Shown here one piece after another: positions 20,083 to 30,547 of a DNA stretch of 64,000 bases. The DNA lies in contig OY282444.1 of the NCBI GenBank assembly GCA_958296125.1, positions 2,141,531-2,205,530 of the forward strand. Reading direction: 5' to 3'. The first letter of the stretch is position 1, and each line of letters starts with the position of its first letter. This DNA comes from an uncultured Poribacteria bacterium. GTDB lineage: Bacteria; Poribacteria; WGA-4E; PCPOR2b. Under the pieces are notes generated by a model. The model searched no databases and was not told where the DNA came from. It saw only the letters and a program-made list of their open reading frames with translations. The translations under genes and the position numbers were made by a program.

Positions 20083-20298
20083 TAAAAAAACGCCGTTTGA
20101 CCCAATGCTAAAGCATTGGGCTTGTGAGAATTTCTGTCAAAGCCATCAACTCAGAAGGGCCACAGGTTAGTTTTTCGTGCCGTTTTCTGTGGAATTATGG
20201 TATAATAAATAACTGTTCCACCGAGCGACACGCTGAGAAACGCGATGCTGCTGAAGGTATGAGAACTTACGATAAATCACTCCCACGAGGTCTGCCTC

Positions 20299-22074
20299 AT
20301 GTCATTCGATAGCCTAGCTTTACATCTTGTAACGGATGAACTCCGTCATACAATTCTGAATGGGACCATTCGGCATATTGAACAGTTGAACTCTCACAGC
20401 ATTGTACTGAAAATCTCTCAGTCAACCACAAGTCACTTTTTACTCATTTCAACTCATTCTGTTCATGCCCGCGCACATCTGATTGAACGTCCACCGAAAG
20501 GACAATCTAGGTCGCATTTTGCAGACTTCTTGATGAAGCACGTTAGGCGGGGCCAACTCACAGGGATAGAACAGGTTGGCTTGGATCGAGTTCTAAAGCT
20601 CACCATCGTACCCACTTCCGATGTCCTCGCAACGTCCCCCAAATCGATTATCGCAGAAGTGATGGGCAAGTACAGCAATATCATCCTCGTTGATGAAGCG
20701 AGCGGCAATATCCTCGAAAGTATCAAGCATATCGATGAAACGATGAGCCGCTATCGTGAGGTATTGCCCGGTCTAGCTTATACCCCACCGCCGCAGCAGG
20801 ATAAATGGCATCCACTCAAGTTAGATCGAGGCACCTTTGTTTCGCTTATTGAAAACCGGAAGGTTGGCTGGCGATTTCTGTTTAACCAGATCGATGGTTT
20901 GAGCCCAACGCTTGCCAAAGAAATCATCGCCCGCGCCGGCGATCGCTCAACCCCAGCGAACCTGTGGGACGCATATCAGCAGGTTGTGGTGTGCTTTCAA
21001 CCCTCTCACAGTCGTCCCCAAGTGCTCATTGAGGCAGATGGAGATGGTTCGGTCAAACAGTCCCAATCAGAGGAGGGCGCAAACAGCCACGATTACTTGG
21101 ATGAAGGAGCTAAAGTTGTCGCTGTTTCTGCGCTAAAACTCGCGCAATTCGCAAACACCGAGAGCCGTTTTTTTGAAACGATGAGCGAAGCACTATCCGC
21201 CTACTACGATATGGTTACTCGTGATGAGGCGATGCAATCTGAGCGGAATACACTGCGTCAGGTTTTAGACAAGATGAGGGCGGCACGCGATCGGAAACAG
21301 GTGTCGCTACGGCAGGATTTGGCAAATGCGGAACAGGCTGAAGATTATCGGATCAAAGGCGAGCTCCTCACTGCGAATTTACACCAAGTTGAGCGAGGAC
21401 AGACGGTTATCGAGGTACAGAACTACTACAGTCCAGATTTAAGTGCCTTGCAAATCGAACTTGAGCCGCAACTTAGTCCTTCAGAAAACGCTCAGCGATA
21501 CTTCAAGAGGTACACCAAAGCAAAGCGCGGGAGTTCAGTTATCCATCGGTTGATTGCTGATAATGAAGCGGAGCAAGAGGTATTACGGGCTTATGCGTTG
21601 GAAGTTGAGGAGGCGCGGAGTTTGAAGGACCTTCGAGCGATTCGGTCTGAATTTGTTAAAAAAGGTTGGATAAAAGAAACTAAACGTCAGTCCAAGCAGA
21701 GCGAATCTGCGGGCGCATTTCGGAAATATACCTCGCCAGATGGTTTTCAGATATACGTGGGCCGCAACAGCAAGGAAAATGACCTACTCCTTCGCCGGAT
21801 CGCTTCAAGTCGGGATATGTGGTTACATGCAAAGCAGATTCACGGTTCACACGTTATCATCCGGAATCCCGAAAACAAGCCGGGGATCCCAATGCCAACG
21901 TTGCTAGCAGCCGCCCAGATTGCGGCGTTCTTCAGTAAAGCACAACACGCCAGCTATGTCCCGGTCGATTATACATGGTTTCGATATGTCGTCAAACCGA
22001 AGGGCACCGCTGCAGGCTTCGTGACTTACACCCACGAAAAGACATTGTATGTTGAACCAAGCGTTAGAAGATAG
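20299..22074 (+). CDS. rqcH: Ribosome quality control protein RqcH (NFACT/FbpA family)
   Basis: MSFDSL, Q..LDRV, EVMGKYSNIILVD, SENAQRYFKRY.KAK, VGRNSKEND, WLHAK..GSHV and VDYT. Confidence 0.92.
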   Translation: MSFDSLALHLVTDELRHTILNGTIRHIEQLNSHSIVLKISQSTTSHFLLISTHSVHARAHLIERPPKGQSRSHFADFLMKHVRRGQLTGIEQVGLDRVLKLTIVPTSDVLATSPKSIIAEVMGKYSNIILVDEASGNILESIKHIDETMSRYREVLPGLAYTPPPQQDKWHPLKLDRGTFVSLIENRKVGWRFLFNQIDGLSPTLAKEIIARAGDRSTPANLWDAYQQVVVCFQPSHSRPQVLIEADGDGSVKQSQSEEGANSHDYLDEGAKVVAVSALKLAQFANTESRFFETMSEALSAYYDMVTRDEAMQSERNTLRQVLDKMRAARDRKQVSLRQDLANAEQAEDYRIKGELLTANLHQVERGQTVIEVQNYYSPDLSALQIELEPQLSPSENAQRYFKRYTKAKRGSSVIHRLIADNEAEQEVLRAYALEVEEARSLKDLRAIRSEFVKKGWIKETKRQSKQSESAGAFRKYTSPDGFQIYVGRNSKENDLLLRRIASSRDMWLHAKQIHGSHVIIRNPENKPGIPMPTLLAAAQIAAFFSKAQHASYVPVDYTWFRYVVKPKGTAAGFVTYTHEKTLYVEPSVRR

Positions 22075-22136
22075 AGAAACCTCCCCGTTTCTTGCGTTTG
22101 GCTCATTCCTTTTAATGAGCTTAATGAGCAGACGCA

Positions 22137-23948
22137 TCAAATCTTGAAAATCTCGCCCAAACGTCCCCCCAGTATACGGCCCGCAGTCACTAGGCACGCG
22201 ATTAGGATAAACATCCCTATGACACCCAACGCACAAGCAATATATGCCCCACCAACCGGGCGTTGTGAGAGATTCCAAATGGCTTTGGTAATTGGGTTGT
22301 ACTGGTCCCGCATAGCCAGAATCAAGCTGTCAGACACTTCCAGCATAGAGAACGAGAACACGAGGATTGAGCCGGCGATGATATTGGCAATCACGAGGGG
22401 CAGCGTAATCTTATACAGCGTCCGTGCTGAGCTTGCGCCGAGATTCTGTGATGCCTCTTCCAATGTAACGCTCGTCTGCTGAAGGCCCGCATAAATGGAT
22501 CGGAGCATATACGGCAAACGCCGCACCGCATAACTAATGATTAGCAGCACAATGGGGTTTTGTCGGGGATCTAAGATGGATACGATGGACTGGGGCAGAT
22601 GACGGAGTAAAAGCGTTGTATCCGCGAAACTACCCACATAGCCAAAGGCGAGCGCAACACCGGGAAGGGCCAGGGGTAACATCGCGATGGCATCGAGGAG
22701 GTTCTTGAAGGGAATCCGCCTACGGGTGAGAAGGTATGCGAGGCTAATCCCGAGGAGGAGCGCAAGCAGTGTGCTGAATACGCTGTAGAATAGACTATTC
22801 TTGATACTTAGCAACGTATCTTCCAGCTTGCTTTCATGGCTAAAAACCTCTGAATAATGGTTCAGCGTATAGCTCTGAGGTAGCACACTCAGCCGCCACT
22901 GACTTGCGTCAGGGGTTAGTGAAGTCAAGACAATACTGATATGCGGCAACAACGCCATGAATATGATAGTTCCCACGAAAAAATAGATGAGGGCACACAT
23001 CCAGCGGCTTGCTTGAACCTCACGTGAACCCACATGCCCGCGTCCGAGCATCTCATACCGCCCGGCACCAGTCCAACGCTTGGAGATGTAGAATGCCAGG
23101 GCTGTCAGCACTACAATCAAGACGACGAGTGCATACCCCATCGGGTTGACGTTGGCATCGGTCACTTGGCGAAATATCCGTACGGCGATAACTTCATTGT
23201 AATTGAAGATTAGCGGTGTGCCCAGATCGGTGAACGCCCAAATGAACACTAGGATGGCACCTGCGAAATATCCGGGGAGCATAAGGGGGAGCGTCACCGT
23301 CCGAAAAAGCGTGAAGCGTGAGGCCCCCATATTTTCCGCTGCTTCTTCCAGACTTGGATCCACATTTGCCAGCACCGCGACGACGTTGAGATACATAATT
23401 GGATAAAGGTGCAGGGTGGACAGCAGTATAACTCCCCAAAAGCCGCTACCGAACCAATCGATCGGTTCCGCCAAATCGATAAGCCCAATCTTGTTCAGGA
23501 AGATGTTCACGCTACCGTATAAGCCGAACAGCTGCTTCATGCCGATTGCCCCAACGAAAGGCGGCATAATAATCGGAATCAGGATAATCCCTTGTAGGGT
23601 GTTACGTCCGGTGAAGCGGTAGCGGGTCAGGAAATAGGCAAGCGGCAAGGTAATGAGCGTTGTCGTTAGCGTCACCACAACGCCCATATTGAAGCTATTG
23701 ATCACTAGTTCGCGGATGCTCGCATCCGTAACCATCAGCTTGAAATAGTCAATGCTCAGACGGTTGTTAATCCAGAAAGATTCCTTGAAAATGTACAGGA
23801 GTGGATATATCAGAAAGACACAGAAAAAGAAAATTATCGGTAGGAGGAGTAGCAGGACAGAGGGCGTTAAATCGTATTTTCTCAGCATAGCCATTTGGGT
23901 GGGCTTGCAGCGGAAACTTCCATCCACCGCAAGCCCACTCACCTGCAC
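22137..23948 (-). CDS. Fe3+/thiamine-type ABC transporter permease (two fused domains)
   Basis: Two EAA motifs (LEEAAENMGAS, LEEASQNLGAS); MPPFVGA and PLALPG. The start may instead be MLRKY near 23889. Confidence 0.88.
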   Translation of the reverse strand: MQVSGLAVDGSFRCKPTQMAMLRKYDLTPSVLLLLLPIIFFFCVFLIYPLLYIFKESFWINNRLSIDYFKLMVTDASIRELVINSFNMGVVVTLTTTLITLPLAYFLTRYRFTGRNTLQGIILIPIIMPPFVGAIGMKQLFGLYGSVNIFLNKIGLIDLAEPIDWFGSGFWGVILLSTLHLYPIMYLNVVAVLANVDPSLEEAAENMGASRFTLFRTVTLPLMLPGYFAGAILVFIWAFTDLGTPLIFNYNEVIAVRIFRQVTDANVNPMGYALVVLIVVLTALAFYISKRWTGAGRYEMLGRGHVGSREVQASRWMCALIYFFVGTIIFMALLPHISIVLTSLTPDASQWRLSVLPQSYTLNHYSEVFSHESKLEDTLLSIKNSLFYSVFSTLLALLLGISLAYLLTRRRIPFKNLLDAIAMLPLALPGVALAFGYVGSFADTTLLLRHLPQSIVSILDPRQNPIVLLIISYAVRRLPYMLRSIYAGLQQTSVTLEEASQNLGASSARTLYKITLPLVIANIIAGSILVFSFSMLEVSDSLILAMRDQYNPITKAIWNLSQRPVGGAYIACALGVIGMFILIACLVTAGRILGGRLGEIFKI

Positions 23949-25438
23949 TAATCATCAATCTTTTTCGCCATAGCGAGGTTGGGAGGAAGCCCACACATGA
24001 GCTCTCGAGGTTTGAAATTTGGCGAGAAGTCGTACAGTCCATAGTGAAGCAGCCCATCATTTTTAACAATTTTACCTTCAACAGGATCGAAAACGAGATT
24101 TTTCAGATATTCATTTTTGTTCCCAATCCGCTGTGCATTCATGTTACGCCGCTTTATAGTATTCACAGCTTCCTGAAGCTCCGTTGGAATTGGCTCCTGA
24201 TTTTGGCGCATCTCCAGATATGTCTTCATCACGTGCCAACGCTTAGGACCGCCGTTGTAGAAGGTATAATACGCCCAGTGATAGGGCTGCAGGTTTTGTT
24301 TAAGATTGAGCTCGGCTGTGAGAGCTTTGGCGTTTTTCCTGTAAAAATCCAGACATTCGTTGAAACGATAGGTCTTATCGCGCTTTATGTGGTAGGCTGC
24401 CAAGAACGCACCGATGTGAGGGGCTTTCAGAAGATTCGTGTAATATTTCCCAGTCGGATTGTTTTGACGATCGTAGGTCCCCGCTAGTTCTGCTTCTAAT
24501 CGCGGCAAATACTCATTCCAAGTGAGCTGTTCCCTCGTTTCCCACCCCTTTCCAGGTCTGAGAAACTCAAAAAAAGGAGAATATGCCGGCATACTTGGAT
24601 TTAAGATGTGGCGAATCAAGTTGGGTAAGACCGCCAAATTATTCTGAGCAATGCCAATATCATCTTTGCCAGTTGCAGTCTGACTGGGGCCGACTATGAT
24701 TTCATCGAAATGGGTCTCAATTTCAAAAATCTTTAATAGAAGCAACGGGTCTATGTCGGCGACCCGTCCGGCAATAAGCGCGAATGGAAAGTAGCGCCGT
24801 GCCTCAAATAGCACATGCTCTAACGCCTTTGGACTGTATCCCGGTACACTTAATCCTTTTTCGTATACTAGTTCGTTCGCGGTAATCCCATATACTTCCT
24901 GCTCAGTTTTCCGATTAAAGTCGTAATAAATTCGATAGGCTTGCTCGAACGCCGGTTGAATCAATTGTTCGTAGTTCTTTTTGTGATCTTCCTGCACCGC
25001 CATATTATAAAGGATGGGAACCTGTTGCGGATTGCTTTGGGCATATCCATCTAGTTGCAGTTGAATCAACCGCTCTTGCATCGTCTTACCGGGGATTGTG
25101 AGTGTTTCCAGAACACCATAGGTTGCAGTGTCCTGGACTTTCGTTCCCTGTATCAATGTCAGGACGATGGTGCGGTTTTTTGTCAGATAGTACCAAAACG
25201 TCTCTTTCTCCTTCACTGCGCGATGAACTAGAAATCCACAAAGTGCCAAAAAAGACAGGAGACAAACGATTAGAGCGAATCGGAAAAGAATCCGAAAAAA
25301 ACGCTTCCCGCGCGCGGTGATAGAAGTTTTCGATATATATGGCGGAAGAATTGCGCTCAACCGTTCATTTATTTCTTGTTCTTCAGAGAAGTATGGTTTA
25401 ACGGGGTAGGCTTCTAATTTCTTCGGTAATAAGTCCAT
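23948..25438 (-). CDS. Membrane-anchored protein with a divergent SLT lytic transglycosylase-like domain
   Basis: One N-terminal TM helix after a basic stretch; IDPLLLLKIFEIET (catalytic Glu), DIGIAQ, GAFLAAYH and FYNGGP in SLT motif order. Confidence 0.6.
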   Translation of the reverse strand: MDLLPKKLEAYPVKPYFSEEQEINERLSAILPPYISKTSITARGKRFFRILFRFALIVCLLSFLALCGFLVHRAVKEKETFWYYLTKNRTIVLTLIQGTKVQDTATYGVLETLTIPGKTMQERLIQLQLDGYAQSNPQQVPILYNMAVQEDHKKNYEQLIQPAFEQAYRIYYDFNRKTEQEVYGITANELVYEKGLSVPGYSPKALEHVLFEARRYFPFALIAGRVADIDPLLLLKIFEIETHFDEIIVGPSQTATGKDDIGIAQNNLAVLPNLIRHILNPSMPAYSPFFEFLRPGKGWETREQLTWNEYLPRLEAELAGTYDRQNNPTGKYYTNLLKAPHIGAFLAAYHIKRDKTYRFNECLDFYRKNAKALTAELNLKQNLQPYHWAYYTFYNGGPKRWHVMKTYLEMRQNQEPIPTELQEAVNTIKRRNMNAQRIGNKNEYLKNLVFDPVEGKIVKNDGLLHYGLYDFSPNFKPRELMCGLPPNLAMAKKIDD

Positions 25439-25762
25439 GGTCCTCCGGAATAATTAATAAGGGCGAGGGGCAAAATCGGGCTAGTATTCCATTATTAATT
25501 CCTTAAGAGCCCGTAGTATAACTCCAGCCACACATAAAACGTAAAAAATTAAAACGTAAAAAATCTGTTTCCGTTTCGCATCTTGAGCGTGTAAACTTGT
25601 AGATAGATTTACGGTATAATTCTACTTACAGAAAGGAGGAGAACAAATTAGATAGAATCGTAGTCTGCTTTGCCAGACTTCTAAGGATTTTCCGCTATCA
25701 ACAGATGGCTTTATTTATCTTTGCGTAGATACTCTTCACATTTCAGACTTCTTAGGTGGGTA

Positions 25763-27898
25763 TTAAGCAGTGCTCCTGAAGAAATATTCCAACTGCTCAA
25801 GTGGAGTGTCCAACTGCATGGGCATCAACTCAGTAATAAGCGATCGAAGTTGATTTTCACGCCCCGGGACACTCTGAAGTTGCAGGTTTTGTGTGTCCAA
25901 GTATTTCTTCAGTTGTTCTACGAGGAAGGTCTGCAACCCTTTTCCAGATTCGTGCAGTTGCGCTGGCAGCAATGCGGGAACATTAATTCCGCTAATAAAG
26001 ATTTCAATCAACTCCAGTTGATAATCAATCTGTTCGGCAATCTGCTCATATTTCTCCATTGCAGACTCGCGCACCTTATCATTGAACTTTGCGACCTCAC
26101 GATCGACAAACTCCGTATAAGCAGTATTCCAATTATTGTCATTGAATTGATCGCTAGCGGTACAAAACTCTTCCAACCTTTTTGTTATCTTCATCAACTG
26201 GTTCGATAGTGTGATCTTGGTATCTCCATGAAGCGTAGTGGTAAGCTGGACAAGTGTTCTAATGAATCCAAGTTCAAATTCCTTATAATTCTCATCCGAT
26301 TCCCGCTGCATCAGTTCAATCAGTTGATCAGAAACAGGGCGTAAGTCGGGAAACTCCTTCAAATGAAGTTGAGCTAAAATGTAAGCGGATTTTGCCAGAC
26401 TAAAAGCGACATCAAGAGCGGAGTCGTTGGCTTGCTCTTGGATATCATGAACAGTTTTCTGGACATCCAGTAACCACTCATAAAAGCTTATTTGGTCCTC
26501 GGTTTTGTCAAGGGTGTAGGTGCGGGGGTTAGGAACTTCAAATACTTTCTGCGTCAAAATCTCACGTCTGTCATGGATTTCACGACGGCGTTGCTTCTCC
26601 TCGGCATCCTCAAGTGCTTGTGAAAGTGATTGGACATATTCTTGAAGCGAATCAACCTGGTTCCTGATGGGCGGATAGTGGTGGTAGCGGAGGTCTGTTG
26701 TAATATCGCGAATCTCTTCTAACAGCTCGACGAGAATCTCTTCATACGCTTGATCTTCGAGGGGCGAGTATACCTCTTCTTCTTGTTCCTCTTCTTCATC
26801 CAATAGCCTTTGCACAAATTGATAGAGATATTCAAGTTGGTGCTCTTGTAGCACAGCTGCCTCTGTATAGGAGCAAAGTTTATCCCTCAAAATTGCACAA
26901 CCATCAGTGACTGCCCCCCGATCTAGGCTCAATGCTGCGAGGCTGATGTGCATCAAGTCTTCCTCGATTTCTGAGAAATGTTGATCAAAAGTAAAGGCTA
27001 GTATCTCATACATTTCATCCGGTATGGGTTCAGGGCGGCCTTTATCGACAGTTAAATGCTGACCGGGGTGTCCTCTACGCGTAGGCTGATGCGTTTTTGT
27101 GATAATTAAGGGATGTTCTTCATCTTCGTGCAGGACAGCAGATCGCCGCCTTGAAGTTCTTTGGTTATATAGATTGAGCGCATCTTGGTAGTGGTGGAGC
27201 AGCTCCTCACTACCCAATTCAATCAGTAATGATTCGATAGTGCTTTTCGGATCGACGGCAACACCTTCTTGGACAAGTAATCGATTCGACAAGGAGGCAA
27301 ACCCATCGGCTCCCAAATTCCGGAAGGGGCGCAGCAAATATGCCCGTTGACCGTCAATGCAGATTTTATGTCGTCCAAGTGAAAAAAATTGTTTTGTATG
27401 CTTCTGATCGCTATCGAACCAGATTTCCAGCGGATAGGTCTTGTTATAAATTTGGAAATTGATAGCTCTGGTGTTGAGTTGATCAAACATCTCCTGACTG
27501 ACGCGAGCTAGATCATTTGCATCAATAAGGATGGCAGAGACATCGGCGTTCGTATAAAAGTTCGCTTCAATGATCCGGTCTTCTGGAAGAAAGTGACGTC
27601 GTTCGATGATATGTGTTCCCGTTGCGTTTTCATTCGTAATGGCAATCCGCGGGATATCATACACATCATAGTAGTAATAAGACTTCCAACTGAAGGTGCG
27701 CCGTCTCATTTTCTCAAACAACTGATATGACAAACGTCCCTTAACCTGCTTTTCGCGGCGTGTTTCCCTTCCCTCATAGATAGCAATTTTCTCAGCTGCT
27801 GCGGGTGATTGCAGGCTGAGTTGAGGCAGCGTCGAACCCTTTCTCTTTCCTGAAAAACGCTCGAGTGTGTCCTGAATATATTCACTCCAATTTGCCAT
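25763..27898 (-). CDS. Hypothetical protein, 711 aa, with an acidic helical C-terminal two-thirds
   Basis: Long ORF with GAGGAG RBS; no motif I recognise. Confidence 0.75.
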   Translation of the reverse strand: MANWSEYIQDTLERFSGKRKGSTLPQLSLQSPAAAEKIAIYEGRETRREKQVKGRLSYQLFEKMRRRTFSWKSYYYYDVYDIPRIAITNENATGTHIIERRHFLPEDRIIEANFYTNADVSAILIDANDLARVSQEMFDQLNTRAINFQIYNKTYPLEIWFDSDQKHTKQFFSLGRHKICIDGQRAYLLRPFRNLGADGFASLSNRLLVQEGVAVDPKSTIESLLIELGSEELLHHYQDALNLYNQRTSRRRSAVLHEDEEHPLIITKTHQPTRRGHPGQHLTVDKGRPEPIPDEMYEILAFTFDQHFSEIEEDLMHISLAALSLDRGAVTDGCAILRDKLCSYTEAAVLQEHQLEYLYQFVQRLLDEEEEQEEEVYSPLEDQAYEEILVELLEEIRDITTDLRYHHYPPIRNQVDSLQEYVQSLSQALEDAEEKQRRREIHDRREILTQKVFEVPNPRTYTLDKTEDQISFYEWLLDVQKTVHDIQEQANDSALDVAFSLAKSAYILAQLHLKEFPDLRPVSDQLIELMQRESDENYKEFELGFIRTLVQLTTTLHGDTKITLSNQLMKITKRLEEFCTASDQFNDNNWNTAYTEFVDREVAKFNDKVRESAMEKYEQIAEQIDYQLELIEIFISGINVPALLPAQLHESGKGLQTFLVEQLKKYLDTQNLQLQSVPGRENQLRSLITELMPMQLDTPLEQLEYFFRSTA

Positions 27899-28162
27899 GT
27901 TATCTCCTCAAAATTTTAGCTTATGATGACAGATTATTTTGCGATAGGATGCTTTAATCGATAGTCAACGAATCGTCATTGGTCTAATCGCAGTCGATAG
28001 CCTCACTATATTGAACGCTTTTGCTGAAATAGTTGTTTCATTTTCGAGCGATATAGTGTATAATTTCTATAGTGGCTTCTAATTCGTAACCATAAATCTA
28101 TGGAATTATTTTGAGCATCCGATCCCCTATTAGATAAGCAGCGTATTATAGCACAACTTCGT

Positions 28163-29143
28163 ATGAAAGAAAAGAAGAATTTAGCGACAGTGGATAAACC
28201 TCAGCAATTAATAACTCCTAAATCAGTGACGGAAATAGCGCAGTTGACCTCGGAATCTCTTAAAAAGACGTTGTTAGAGTCGAAGTTGTTGGCAGAAGAT
28301 TTTGAGAAATCTAATAACTTTGTGGATCAGATTGAACATTTGAGTGCAGCCCCTCTAGGGTTTGATATATTCCAGAGAAAGATTGTGCGCCTCATTGAAA
28401 ATCTCAAAATAATCAGTGGACGCGCAGCTGAAAATCACCGGTATCTCGCTAGCAATCTCGAAGATATATACGGATATACTATCGAACTCCAAAATATGAT
28501 TGGTGAAACCCACGCTAGTATTAACGCTCGTTTCAAATTCTGGCTACACTCCTTTCAGCCAGAGCATCAACGTGAAGGACAGAAATCACGTGAAGTTTCA
28601 AGCTTTTCGGAATTTCTCGATTTGTTCGCTGAAAAGCCGGCGCGCTATGCTTACTTTTTAGCGTCGATCAGATCAAAGCCGCTTCTCATTTGCCGGTATA
28701 TCCCTCCGGACACCGATCCACAAAAAAATATCACCTATTCCCTGTCCTCTTACGTTGCACCACCCTCCGGATCCTTTCGTGGCTTAAAAAGGGCTTGGAA
28801 TAAACTCTTCAAATCTCCCAATAAGAATGTGTTACATCTTTTTCACAATTCTCGTCCTCAGTCGTTGCTCGGCACGTTCAAAGGACGTTCGCCGGTCTTG
28901 ATTGGACCGTATTCCCCCTATCAATATAGTGAACTAGATCAGCTGCCCAAAATTATCTATGATTTCATCAATATCTACGGCATTTCCGGCTGCATTCACG
29001 TCCACCTGTTGAAGCGCGAGGATCAGTGTGCTGTCTTCACAACGCAGCGGCAGGTTGAGTTTGATGGGAGTTCAGTTCAGTTGTCCGACACGGACTGCCC
29101 TGGCGAGTCGCTGAAAGATTATCATCAGCTAATCATTGAATAA
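28163..29143 (+). CDS. Hypothetical protein, 326 aa
   Basis: Long ORF divergent from the 711-aa gene; helical N-terminal half; no motif I recognise. Confidence 0.7.
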   Translation: MKEKKNLATVDKPQQLITPKSVTEIAQLTSESLKKTLLESKLLAEDFEKSNNFVDQIEHLSAAPLGFDIFQRKIVRLIENLKIISGRAAENHRYLASNLEDIYGYTIELQNMIGETHASINARFKFWLHSFQPEHQREGQKSREVSSFSEFLDLFAEKPARYAYFLASIRSKPLLICRYIPPDTDPQKNITYSLSSYVAPPSGSFRGLKRAWNKLFKSPNKNVLHLFHNSRPQSLLGTFKGRSPVLIGPYSPYQYSELDQLPKIIYDFINIYGISGCIHVHLLKREDQCAVFTTQRQVEFDGSSVQLSDTDCPGESLKDYHQLIIE

Positions 29144-29199
29144 CGCAGGAAGTTGTCCTATAGGTATTAAAAATCCATCGGTTTTCTGTTAAAACTGAA

Positions 29200-29313
29200 G
29201 GGCTCTACCTTTCGCCCCAGTTGCTCTGAATCCCGATCTTATCGGGGAGGAGCGATATGTGTATAGCAGAACATATCTCACAAATCCCCAAAAACCCCAG
29301 CGGGGTGACAGGT
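29200..29313. repeat. Intergenic REP-like composite repeat
   Basis: AACCCCAGCGGGGTGACAGGT (29293-29313) recurs as AACCCTAGCGGGGCGATAGGT (49786-49806) and in a similar inverted form near 41626. ATCCCGATCTTATCGGG recurs in similar form near 30358. Confidence 0.6.
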
Positions 29314-29359
29314 CGCAACTTGGGTTCAAATAGTGTAAACCAATACAAGTATTTAAAAG

Positions 29360-29388
29360 TTGACAACCCCGATCAGATTTGGTATGCT
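29360..29388 (+). promoter_or_regulatory. Sigma70-like promoter for the molybdoenzyme operon
   Basis: TTGACA-17 nt-TATGCT with extended TG. Confidence 0.65.
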
Positions 29389-29468
29389 TTGGCCACGTCA
29401 AACTACATTCAGCGTCAACTATCTTGCGAGGCGCGGGATGCCTCGTACTTTACAGGGAGGTCATAACA

Positions 29469-30335
29469 TTGAGAAATTTCGAGTTTTTTGAACCGACAAC
29501 GATTGAGGATGCGTCAGCCCTGCTGACAAAATATAACGGTAAAGCAAAGCTCTTAGCCGGTGGAACAGATCTCATTATAGAAATGAAAGCCCGGACGGCG
29601 ACACCTGAATACGTTATCAGCTTGGAAAAAATTCCCGAATTAGCGGATATCACGTATGATGAAGAAAGTGGACTGCGAATCGGTGCGCTGACGAAGCTGC
29701 GTACGTTGGAAAAAGATTCAATAATCCGTGAACGCTATACTGCGCTTGCCGAAGGGGCCGGTGAGGTCGGAGGTGTCCAAATTCGCCACCTTGCAACAAT
29801 AGGGGGTAACATTAGTCATGGCTCTCCCGCTGCAGATACCGCAGCACCCCTGCTGGTGCTTGGTGCTCAGGTTAGAATTGCGAGTGCCGATGGCGAGCGC
29901 ACCGTGCCTATTGAGCTGTTCTTTTTAGGTCCGGGGCAAACCGTATTAGAAACAGGAGAGATTGTTACAGCGTTTGAATGCCCACCCCGCAGTGCGAATG
30001 AAGGTTCACAGTATATCAAGCAAAAAATTAGAGAAGTGATGGACCTTGCCTTCGTCGGTGTCGCGTCATCCGCAAAATCGGATAACGGCACTGTATCGGA
30101 GGTTAAGATCGGGCTTGCCGCCGTGGCACCCACGCCTCTTCGAGCCACCGATGCCGAAGCAATGATCAACGGAAATTCGTTGACACCAGAATTGCTAGAG
30201 CAAGCGGCTGCGGCTGCTTCAGCTCAATCAAGCCCCATTTCAGATTTGCGGTGTTCGGCCGAACATCGTCGAGAAATGGTTGGTGTCTTAACCCGGCGGA
30301 CACTTCAAGCCGCAGCCGCTCTTGCACAAGGCTAA
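29469..30335 (+). CDS. Xanthine dehydrogenase/CoxM family FAD-binding subunit
   Basis: LAGGTDL, IRHLATIGGN, SPAAD and PISDLR; TTG start after GGGAGG. Confidence 0.9.
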   Translation: MRNFEFFEPTTIEDASALLTKYNGKAKLLAGGTDLIIEMKARTATPEYVISLEKIPELADITYDEESGLRIGALTKLRTLEKDSIIRERYTALAEGAGEVGGVQIRHLATIGGNISHGSPAADTAAPLLVLGAQVRIASADGERTVPIELFFLGPGQTVLETGEIVTAFECPPRSANEGSQYIKQKIREVMDLAFVGVASSAKSDNGTVSEVKIGLAAVAPTPLRATDAEAMINGNSLTPELLEQAAAAASAQSSPISDLRCSAEHRREMVGVLTRRTLQAAAALAQG

Positions 30336-30394
30336 ACGGCAGGTTAAGCTCAGCCAAATCCCGATTTATCGAATGCGAGAAAACTTAGAACATT

Positions 30395-30547
30395 AGGCCT
30401 TACGCAGTTGAACGCTCAAAGTCAACCCCCTAACCCCCAACTCCCTTATCAGGGGGCTTTCTCTTATCAGGGGGGTAGTTCGGCGATTTATTGCCCGTCC
30501 GAACGCGGGTTGACTTGCGCGACTCCAAACTGAAGGGCGTAAGTCCT
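30395..30547. mobile_element. MITE-like insertion of about 153 bp
   Basis: Terminal inverted repeats AGGCCTTACGC / GCGTAAGTCCT (1 mismatch); internal duplicated CTTATCAGGGGG. Confidence 0.55.

Larger units (their letters stand above)
18719..20144 (-). mobile_element. IS200/IS605-family element, tnpB only (IS1341-like)
   Basis: Left end follows target TTGAT (20145-20149, minus strand) with hairpin CCCAATGC-TTTA-GCATTGGG. Right end has hairpin CCCAAGCA-TTTA-TGCTTGGG and ends in TCAA. No tnpA. Confidence 0.9.
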
